The notes under the pieces are model-generated. The model was given only the letters and a program-made list of their open reading frames with translations, had not been told where the DNA came from and ran no database searches. 64,000 bases of DNA from Dehalococcoidia bacterium. Its GTDB lineage: Bacteria; Chloroflexota; Dehalococcoidia; Lucifugimonadales; UBA3495. The stretch lies in assembly GCA_965249145.1 (NCBI GenBank), contig OZ252223.1, positions 2,121,757 to 2,185,756 on the forward strand. The letters are read 5' to 3'. A program made the position numbers and the translations under genes. This document shows positions 47,308 to 56,500 of this stretch, in pieces (the first letter of the stretch is position 1; each line of letters opens with the position of its first letter).

Positions 47308-47366
47308 GGCTGGGGTCTGGCTAGGACTCCTGATCCAGAGTCATACGTCCTATTACTGCTCCCCGC
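47308..47366 (-). pseudogene. decayed tRNA-Gln-like relic directly 3' of the intact tRNA-Gln
   Basis: Shares GGCTGGGG...CTGATCCAGAGTCA..CGTCCTA with the adjacent tRNA. It lacks the T-arm and has mismatched stems. Confidence 0.45.
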
Positions 47367-47371
47367 TTCTT

Positions 47372-47445
47372 TGGCTGGGGATGGAGGATTCGAACCTCCG
47401 CTACCTGATCCAGAGTCAGGCGTCCTACCGCTAGACTAATCCCCA
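47372..47445 (-). tRNA. tRNA-Gln (anticodon CUG)
   Basis: A 74-nt cloverleaf folded by hand:
- acceptor TGGGGAT/ATCCCCA with U1-A72, discriminator G73, encoded CCA
- D-stem GTCT/GGAC
- anticodon stem CCTGA/TCAGG with loop CT-CTG-GA
- T-arm GGAGG-TTCGAAT-CCTCC. Confidence 0.9.
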
Positions 47446-47718
47446 GCGCGGTACGGTCGAGAAAAGAGTGAACGCAGATTGTTGTAGGGTGCCTATGCGA
47501 GGAAACGACTTCGGGTCTTTTCTGCTAGGTCTAAGCTCCTTCCCTGAGGGGTGGCTTCTGCCATGGTATCAAAGTGCAACGCATTGGGTAAACTGTCGCC
47601 AGCCAATCGGCCCGAGACAGGGGCCACGTCCCGAGCCCGTCATCTGGTTGAGGTCGCTGGAATAAAGAGCTATTGGTTCTGTTGCATTTTGCGGGGTAGA
47701 CTCGCGTTACCGTTGGCG

Positions 47719-48243
47719 TTACTGCCCGTGAGCGAGCGCTGGCCGGTTTTCTATCACCCACCGCTTTGCCTGGTCCGCGGGATCGTGGACAGTGGGATTC
47801 TTATCCATCCGCGCTCCGATGGTTACCCACTTTCTCAGCTCCGCGTCAGTCATTTCTATCAGCTCAACCCAGTCCTCTGTAGTCAAGGCAGACCCTGCGG
47901 CTACCCGGTTGCGCAGGGTGTCCATAAGCTTGTTGTTGAATGCCCGCGACTCTTCCCACCATTCGTGATATCGGTCAGCTCGGCTTCGTTGATAAGCGAC
48001 CTTACTGTCCATCTTGGTCTGCATGCGGTCCGTGACGTTGGCGTCCTCTTTGCGCAGCAGGTCCCTGAAGGCAGCTTTTAGTCTTGACTCCAACAACATG
48101 AAGGCTAACTCGTCTCTCCGCTTGCGTGCCTTGAACTCATTCAGGGGCGGTTGTACGACCTCGTCGATGGCCTGGTCGAGCCGGAGCCACTCATCCCCGA
48201 CAACTTCGGCTGATGGTTGGTTCTGCTTTTTGGGCCTTGGCAC
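47719..48243 (-). CDS. hypothetical protein (helical, charged)
   Basis: 174-aa ORF beginning with GTG. It may be fused to the upstream zinc-ribbon ORF if a frameshift is present. Confidence 0.4.
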   Translation of the reverse strand: MPRPKKQNQPSAEVVGDEWLRLDQAIDEVVQPPLNEFKARKRRDELAFMLLESRLKAAFRDLLRKEDANVTDRMQTKMDSKVAYQRSRADRYHEWWEESRAFNNKLMDTLRNRVAAGSALTTEDWVELIEMTDAELRKWVTIGARMDKNPTVHDPADQAKRWVIENRPALAHGQ

Positions 48244-48346
48244 GGTTCGCCCGCTGCCGGCAGGTCCCGCCGCAGTACCTAGCCGTGCCCCGTTGGGCCT
48301 GAAACTCTGTGCCGCACGTCTCGCAACGTAGCTTTAACCCTGGCAT
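48191..48346 (-). CDS. small Cys4 zinc-ribbon protein
   Basis: MPGLKLRCETCGTEFQAQRGTARYCGGTCRQRANR. A GGAGG RBS lies 7 nt upstream of the ATG at 48346. Confidence 0.45.
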   Translation of the reverse strand: MPGLKLRCETCGTEFQAQRGTARYCGGTCRQRANRAKAQKAEPTISRSCRG

Positions 48347-49019
48347 TAGCGTTACCTCCGGCCTGTAACGTGATGATAGTCCCTCCTGGTGACTGCGTGT
48401 TACTGGCCCTAATTGTAACGCGAGGCTACCCCGCAAAATGCAACAAAACCCCCAAAGACACTTTCAACTGTGGACTCTAAGCATTGCATCACGCGGTTGG
48501 CAACCGGGAACTGTCACTGCCTGAGTGGAGTTGATGGGAGGCCCAAATCTCCGTGGCACCGCTTAAGGCCCAGGGCCGTCCCTCGGGTGAGCTGGCAAAG
48601 AAGCTAGGCCGTGCGTATTGCACCAGCCGTAGGCCCGGCGGGTGCCATGACGTCGTGCTGAACGTCGTCGACGTCCATGAGTGCAGCTGGTCGAGGGCCA
48701 TAGTTAGGCGCTACTTCACATTTGAGTTTCGCCCCGGGCAATCCTCGCAGGCTTCGTCGGCGTGCTATGGTGCCAGCTCGAGCTCGGCCAAGGCAACTTG
48801 GACGGCATCGAAGGCAAATAGGCCCCCGTTTTGCAACCGGGAGGCCATGCGTTCGGCCTTCCAGTCTGTCTTGTCAGACCAGGGCATCAACTGCCCCGCT
48901 CGTCGATGCCCAGCGGAATAACCCGAAGAGCTTCGTCTGCGGCCCGGAGCGGTCCCGAAGGGCCCCTGGCCGACGTTGGGGCCACCCCATCGGGTGTTAC
49001 TGTTCAGCGTCAACTACTT

Positions 49020-50696
49020 CTGCCGGCCTGTTGCCTCACCGGAAAATGTTACCGAAACTTTAGCACCTAGAATCCACTCCGATCAGCGCCAGTTCCGGGA
49101 GTCCATGCGGTTCCGTTGAAGCGGCAGCAGTCCCGGCGTAAACCAGTTTTTTGGCCATGATGCAGCGCCACGCCTTCACCCGGCGTTGCATGGTTCGTAA
49201 CTGTGCCGTGCTGAAACGATCTGGGTGTTCCGCCTGCAATCTGGTCATCAGCGCCTTGCCGGTCACATCCGGGTGGGCTTGCAACCAGACCAGCACGTTG
49301 CCCCAAACCCCTTCGATGGGGTCCTTGCGGGTTCGCCAGTGCCGGGGACACCGGACTCGGGCCGCGTGGGTAGGTAGGCCGGACTTCGCCTTGGCGCCAC
49401 AGCCTGGGCAATTTGGCGAGGAAACGTTCAAGGCTTTCGCCCGTTGGCGTTTCCTGCACGTCTGGAGGGGTCGCTGCCACCAGGGCCGACTGGGCTTCCC
49501 GGATGGTATGCAGCAACAGCAGCGGATCCAGCCTGGCTCGGTATTGGCGGAGCGCGTCCTTCATGTCACCGTCGATTGCATCGTGCTGTATCGCGCGGTC
49601 GCAGGGCGTGGTGGGCTGACTGTAATGCTTGACGGTGGTGGCGCCGTGCCGGGTCTTGTTGATCAGCTTGAACGAGGGTTGGAAGAGTTCACGTACAGCC
49701 GCAACGCCCCGTAAAGGTGCGCCATGGTCTGCCCGGCGACCTGGCCCGAATAACGATCATGGCCGACGAAGGGGCGTACCACAGAACCATTTTTCTGCTC
49801 GATGCAGGCCTGATCGTTGCTGCGGTACGCTCGCGACCGGGTGAACTCAATGTCACGGTCAGCGCAGTACTGGATCAGCGTCTCGTTGATGAACACGCCA
49901 TCGTTGTCCGAGTCGATGCCGCGGATGGGGAAGGGCAACCGCTGACCAATGGCTTCCAATCCAGCCACGATCAGGGACTGCTCCCTAGCCAGCAGGGGAA
50001 CGGCTTCGGTCCAGCCGGTGCAGATGTCGGTAGCCACCAGGCTGTGGATGAATGATCCGGACAGCGGTCCACCACAGTGCGCCACCAGGTCTATCTCCAG
50101 GAACCCGGGCGGCGGTCCGTTCCAACCATTGTACGTACGCACCGGAACGCGTTTCCCCATCGCTTGCCGACGCCGCCGTCGGCGTCGGGTGCCCGCTGTG
50201 GGACGGATCGGTTTCAGGAGACGGTCCAGGGTGGCTGCGCTGGCAGCGAGGAGACGATCCCGCACCTCAGGATCCAACGCGAGATGACCATGGCGCTCCA
50301 TGGAATCCACCAGGTGGGACAGCGCCGCCTTCAGGCGTTTCCCACAGATACGGTCAGCAGCTTCCCAGATCACGATCACTGCTTCTCGAACGGCCTCATC
50401 GTAGATGCGCCGGCCTCGTGCCGGTCGCGGTGTATCCTCATTATCGTCAAGCTGCCCTAGCAACCTGATGCCGTGCTTGCGATGGTGTCCAGTGATCGCA
50501 ATGAACTCGTCCAGGATACGGCTCTTCTCCTTCTTTGAGGAGCTCCGGTAACGGTCTCTCAGTGTCGCCAGTAATTCCCGCTTTGCCATCCTGCTTATGC
50601 CTCCACCCACGTGGCCGCCTCCGAGTTTTCGGTAACATTTTAGTTGAGGCAACAATCTCCGTTGGTAACGTTTTAGGTGAGGCAATCCGCCGGCAA
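49020..50696 (-). mobile_element. insertion sequence with rve/DDE transposase (ISNCY/IS1202-group-like; family tentative) and about 30-bp imperfect terminal inverted repeats
   Basis: Ends are CTGCCGGCCTGTTGCCTCACCGGAAAATGTTACCG (49020-) and GGTAACGTTTTAGGTGAGGCAATCCGCCGGCA (-50695). An extra internal copy GGTAACATTTTAGTTGAGGCAACA lies at about 50632. Confidence 0.7.
49060..50685 (-). pseudogene. DDE transposase with at least two frameshifts
   Basis: Three overlapping ORFs:
- N-terminal MAKRELLATLRDRYRSSSKKEKSRILDEFIAITGHHRKHGIRLL
- DDE core (EIDLVAH..., GIDSDNDGVFIN, IEQKNG)
- C-terminal RTRKDPIEGVW...LRTMQRRVKAWR in other frames. Confidence 0.75.
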
Positions 50697-50973
50697 AGTT
50701 AATTGTCGTTGTTCAGGGGGCGATGGGATTCGCCCTCGGCAGCGGATAGAGTGGGCCGCAGGCTAGTCCCGTTCCGCTGGCAACGATCTTTGATCGTCTA
50801 AGCCTTCAAGGATTATCACCAAGGCCAACCGTTGGACAGTCTCCGGAACGGGGAAATCTGCGCCACGAGCAAGAGCAGCCCGAAGCCGAAGCAGGCGGCG
50901 AGACCGCCGAGCCAGAGCCACCAGGATACGAACCACGTGATTTAGTGAAGAATTTCTTGGGGAGCAGGCAGCA

Positions 50974-51261
50974 ATGGAAGCCAAGAGGAAACGGTTTACC
51001 CTGGACTTGGACCCGCCAGTGCAGCGGCGCTTGAACACCATCGCAGCGATCAAGGGCATAAGTATGCGCCAGTATTGCCTAACCGCAATAACTAGAGAGT
51101 TGTCCAAAGACGAGGCCCAAGGGATCATAGACCTCCCCTTCGGGCACGAAGCTCTGGACCGTCTGGATACTCTCCGGAGGGAGATATTCGGTGACAAAGT
51201 TCTCCCCGGCGACTCAGTAGATTTTATTCGTGAGGCTCGGGAGTCCAGGAGCACATCGTGA
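50974..51261 (+). CDS. ribbon-helix-helix-type antitoxin (VapB-like)
   Basis: 95 aa. KRKRFTLDLDPPVQRRLNTIAAIKGISMRQY is RHH-like. Its stop overlaps the vapC start. Confidence 0.65.
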   Translation: MEAKRKRFTLDLDPPVQRRLNTIAAIKGISMRQYCLTAITRELSKDEAQGIIDLPFGHEALDRLDTLRREIFGDKVLPGDSVDFIREARESRSTS

Positions 51262-51701
51262 ATGGCATTGTCGTCGTGGATGCGAACCTGGCTTTCAAGT
51301 GGCTGGTAAGCGAGGAGAATTCAGACCTAGCACATTCAATCTCCAGGTCATGGGTCAATAACGGTATCCAAGCCGCAGCGCCCTACCTGATGCCGGTGGA
51401 AGTAGCGAACGCCCTCCACCGGCGGGTTGTGCGGGGTGAACTGACCGTGGAAGACGCGGTGCAACTTCTGGAATACCTTCTCGCATCGGGAATCGAACTG
51501 CGCGACGAACCCAGCCTCCATGCGAGGGCTTTACAGATTTCAAGCCGACTCCGCCAAGGGGCTGTCTATGACGCCCACTATCTCGCTCTGGCGGACATCC
51601 TCGGTTGCGAATACTGGACCGCCGACGAGAGTTTTTATCGCGCGGCCGCTCCCTCTCCCCAAAACGTGCACTGGATAGGCGAGTTCGCCGCACCGGAATA
51701 G
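51258..51701 (+). CDS. vapC: PIN-domain toxin VapC
   Basis: VVDANLAFKWL (Asp1), ...PVEVANAL..., AVYDAHYLALA, YWTADESF: the acidic PIN residues in typical spacing. Confidence 0.8.
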   Translation: MNGIVVVDANLAFKWLVSEENSDLAHSISRSWVNNGIQAAAPYLMPVEVANALHRRVVRGELTVEDAVQLLEYLLASGIELRDEPSLHARALQISSRLRQGAVYDAHYLALADILGCEYWTADESFYRAAAPSPQNVHWIGEFAAPE

Positions 51702-51978
51702 CGACTGAGGTTTATGCTGAGGATCTTCGCCAATCTTAACCAGGACCCCAAGCTCCTGCCCGCCCTACAGGATACCTCCGCCCTCTCGTCACGGGCGGAC
51801 TTCTGCGTAGGTTACTTCAACCTCCCGGGTTGGGGGATAAGGGGAGGCCTTCGGCTATGTGGCACGGTATTAAGGCCACTACACGTAAGTATGGGTCAAT
51901 ATCCGGGAAGGCGACGGGATTATTTGTTCGGCTCCAGTCGCCTCCATACGAAATTAGTAAGGGTGGAAAGTCAAGAAT

Positions 51979-52560
51979 TTGAAACCGATCAACATAGTGG
52001 TTACATGCACAAAAAGAAAGCGGTTGCCTCCGGCTGGAGGTTCGGAAATGTGGGGCATAGATGCACACGACGTGGACTCGGCTTTCGCGGAATGGTCAAG
52101 CCGCTTGGAACGTTGCACCGCGGAACCAGTCCCCGCCAGAAGGTTGTACACTGGTGACCACTGGAGTGTAGTTCAATCCCTGGAGGACGTTGCCGCCGCC
52201 TCCAAACTCGACTCTGCGATTTGGGTTTGCTCCGCTGGGTATGGCCTCATAGGCATCGATACCAACATCAAACCCTATTCTGCGACGTTTTCTTCACGCC
52301 ATCTGGATACGGTGTGCAGATGGAATCGACATTCTGATTCAGGTCCAAATGACGGCCGTTCTTGGTGGGAATGCCAGCAAGCATGGGGTGGTCCCGAACC
52401 TTCGATGCCTCGTTCCATCGCCGAAATCGCAGCGCTGGACTCCCGATCGCCAGTGTTGATCGTGGCCTCCAGAGGCTACATGAGAGCAATAGTTGGCGAT
52501 GTCCAAAGAGCGACTAGGCTGCTTACCGATCCTGACTTATTGTCTATCATCTCCACTGGC
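51979..52560 (+). CDS. hypothetical protein truncated by, and fused in-frame to, a partial IS3 transposase
   Basis: MKPINIVVTCTKRK...RRLYTGDHW...VCSAGYGLI...KPYSATF loosely resembles DUF6884-type proteins (tentative). The ORF runs on into IS3 orfB sequence, giving a 439-aa chimera. Confidence 0.4.
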
Positions 52561-53315
52561 ACAGGTAAGGGCGCGGCCGATGAACCGGTGGTGCGGGGTC
52601 TGATTAGAGAGTTGGCCCAACTGCGGCCCCGGTCCGGGAGTCCCCGGCTGAGTGCGCTGGTACGGCGGGAGTTGGGAGCGGTCAATCACAAGAGGGTGGA
52701 ACGGATCTACGCCCAGGAAGGGCTGCAGTTGCCGCGGCGGCGCAAGGGAAGACGCCGGGGCGCCGGACGGGCGGTCCCTTTGGCGGCTTTGACTGGACCC
52801 AACCAGCGTTGGCCGATGGACTTTGTCCAGGACAGCACGGTGGGTGGGCGGAGAATCAGGGCCTTGACCATCGTGGACCAGTTCACCCGGGAGTGTCCGG
52901 CCATTGAGGTGGACACATCGATCACTGGTCAGCGGGTGGTCCGGGTGCTGGACCGGCCCAGCGGGACCCACGGACTACCCCAGGCGCTGGTGCTGGATAA
53001 CGGACCGGAGTCCACCAGCAAAGCCTTGGAGGCTTGGGCTCAGCGCAGCGGGGTAAGGCTGTACTTTATTACACCGGGCAAACCGACGGAGAACGGGTAC
53101 ATCGAGAGTTTCAATGGCAAGTTCCGGGATGAGTGTCTGAACTTGAATTGGTTCCAGGACCTGGCCGACTCCCGGGTGACGATTGAGGACAGGCGCACCG
53201 ACTACAACCGGGACCGGCCCCACAGCTCATTGGGATACCTGACACCATTGGAGTTCAAGCAGAACATGGACCGGAACCTCTCATTGACGGTGGTATAACT
53301 TTTGGGGGAAGGTCA
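52560..53315 (+). mobile_element. 5'-truncated IS3-family copy (orfB from about codon 30 to the right end)
   Basis: Nearly identical to 62587-63340 in inverse orientation. It ends with the same terminal ...CTTTTGGGGGAAGGTCA. Confidence 0.85.
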
Positions 53316-53520
53316 CATCCAACGGCGAAGACTCTACGACAGGACCCTCAGGGAGTTCACCAGACCTCCATCCGACTCCTGATCTCTCGGGGCTCAAAGT
53401 GTCCCACTTTTGCTGGTTGACAACACTTCAGGAGGCTCGCCGGTTATGCCGTCATTCTCAACCCGCGGGGCCGGTGCCCAGACCGCCCTCTGTCGCTTCA
53501 GCATCTGGGCGTCCGCCAGT

Positions 53521-56500
53521 CTATATCGGGCCGCGTTTCCGTACAATTATGTATATCACGGCTGCGCCCGCCACGGCCCCGGCCGCCATAAGGATGATCC
53601 ACCACAGGCTAATTCCGCCATCGTCGACAGGCACGATTGGCGCCGGTGTCGGGCTGGGGACCACCGTAGGCCTCGCGACCGGTTCGGGGACCACCGTAGG
53701 CCTCGCGACCGGTTCGGGGAGTCTCTGGACCGGGTTGTTCAAGACGGCCTGCGCCTGCTTGCCTGAGCCCTCACCGTCAGCGTAAGTCACTGTGACCCGC
53801 AGATACTTGTCCGCGTCCAAGTCAACAGGGGTATAGTTGGAGAAAGACGCGCCGGCTATATCTTGCCAGTCCGTGCGATCAGAGGACCTCTCCCATTGCC
53901 AGGAGATATCAGACAGCGAGCCCTCGGGATCGCTCAGGGAGACGACCAGCGCGATCCCGACCTCCGGTTGTTCAAGGGACACGGACACCGTACCAGCCTC
54001 ATCGACGTTGCTGACGTCGATGCTCACTTCAACAAAATCGTCGACCTCAGTGTCGTCTTTGCCGTAGGCGTCTCCGCCGTCGTGGACGGAGACGATGACC
54101 GCGTATCTCGTAGGGCCAGTCTCGTAGTCGAGCAGGGTACCGGAGCCAACGGTGATCTGACCGGTGGCGCCATCTATGACGAAGAAAGCAGCGTCGTTCC
54201 CCCACATGGAGTAGGTCAGGATATCGCCGTCCGGATCTGTCGCGGTGATAGCTTCTCCCACCAGACCGCCCGGCGGTGTGTTCTCGTTGACAGACAGTGT
54301 GACGTCGCCATCGAAGGACGGGGCTCTCTGCGCGGTCTGGCTTTCCATGACGGCGTGTGCGGTCTTGCCAGGGCCGTGTCCGTCCCTATAGGAGGCCGTC
54401 GCCCGGAGGTATCTGCCCACATCGACCGAGACCGGGACGTAGGAGTCCGAGTTGGCCCCGGAGACGTCGCTCCAGTCGGAACCATCTGAGGAAGCGGCCC
54501 ACTGCCAGGAGATATCGGACAGCGAGACGTCGGGATCGCTCAGGGAGACGACCAGCGCCGTCCCGACCTGCGGTTGTTCCGGAGACACCGCCACCGTACC
54601 AGCCTCATCGACGTTGCTGATGTCGATGTTCACTTCAATGCTGTCGTCGACCGAGGCGTCGTCGTTGCCGTAGACGTCCCTGCTGTCGTGGACCGAAACG
54701 ACGACTGTGTACCTCGTAGGCCCGGACTCGTAGTCGAGCATGCTCCCGGACCCGACGGTGATCTGACCAGTGGAGCCGTCTCGGACGACGAAAGACGCGT
54801 CGGTCCCCCACAGGGAGTAGGTTAGGACATCGCCGTCCGGATCCGTCGCTGTGATAGCGTCTCCCACCAGACTGCCCGGCGGCGTGTTCTCGTCAACAGT
54901 CAGTGTGACGTCGCCTTCGAAGGACGGACCTCTTTGGGCGGTTGGCAGTCTAGTGACCACATGTGCGGACTTGCCGGAGCCGAATCGGTCTACGTAGGAG
55001 GCAGTTGCCCGGAAGTAGCTGCCCGCATCGTCTGCGACCGGAGTGTAGACACTGGAGTTGGCCCCGGAGATGTCGCTCCAACTGGATCCATCTGAGGAAG
55101 CGGCCCACTGCCAGGAGATGTCGGACACCAAGCCGTCGGGATCGCTCAGGGAGACGACCAGCGCGGTCCCGACCTTCGGTTGTTCCAGGGACACGGCCAC
55201 CGTCCCGGCCTCATCTACGTTGTTTACGAAGATGGTCACATCGACGTCGTCGCTGGCGTTGCGGGCGTCGCTGACCCGGACCGTCACCTCGTAGACGGAC
55301 TTGGTCTCAAAGTCCAGCGGCTCCTTCACAATCAACTGGCCGGTGCTGCTGTCAATGCCGAAGTAATAGGCGTCGGTCCCTGACAAGGAGTACGAGAGCC
55401 TATCGCCGTTCGGATCTGTGGCAGTGAGGGCGCTGCCCACGGGCGTGCCCGGCGACGGGTTCTCATCGATGGTGAATGTGGCGCTGTCACTGCCAATAAT
55501 GAAGTAAGGGGATCGGTTGGGCGGCGCATCTGGCGCGGCCCGGGCGATGTCCGAGGGCAAGCCCTCTCCATAGAAGTCGAAGGCGCGGACCTGGAAAGCA
55601 TACTCCACACCGTTGGTCAAGCCTCTCACCGTAGCGGACGTGGTCTCTGCTCCACTGGCCAAAAAGGCCCATTGTGGTATGTCCGACACGTAGACCGAAC
55701 CGAAGCCATCGTTGCCCTCGGGCACCCCGACCACGATGCTCTGGCCGTCCAGGGCGACGGAGTATCCGAACTCGTCGTACTTCTCTACTGTCCCTTCTTC
55801 GGTGGGTAAGGTGAGCTTGCCCGACTCCGTTCTGTAGTCTTTGTTTGGATCGTTGGCCCAGTCAACGTTGGCCGGCTTGGTGAAGACGTAAGCCGCGCCG
55901 GAACGAGCGCTATCGTCATCCTCAGGGTCGATATCGGCGGCGTACGCCCCGACCACGATGGTGCTATCCCTCACTGCAACGGAGGACCCGAATTCTTCGG
56001 ACCCATCGCTGTCAGAAGCCTCGAGCTTGGCCGCTTCGGACCACATACCAGAGCCCGGAACGAATACGAATACGTAAGCTGCGTTCTTGTCGGCCCCGAC
56101 CACGGCGGTGTTACCGTCCACCGCTACCGAAGACCCGAACTTGTGGCTACCGGCGGCGGCGGTTAGCTTGACCTCAGTGCGATCGGCCCAGCTGCCGTCG
56201 GTGGGCCTGGTAAAGACGTAGGCCGCACCCGAGTCGTCGTCTTGGCCTTCGGTAACGTCGTGCAGGTGCGCTCCAACCACGATGGTGTTGCTGTCCATCG
56301 CAACGGAATGACCGAAATAGTCGACGGTGGCGCCGCCGGTTGCGGTGAGCTTGGCCGTCTCTGTTCTGTGGGTTTCTGAGACCACCGGAGCGTTGCCCCA
56401 CACACCGCCGACCTTGGTGAATACATAGGCCGCACCCGTCTTGCCGCTGTGCCCCCGCGCCCCAATCACGACGGTATCGCCCTCAACTGCTACGGAATAC

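Noticed and set aside
47195-47434. 79-aa plus-strand ORF
   Set aside because: It runs antisense across the tRNA-Gln gene and its relic, so it is an artefact of ORF calling.
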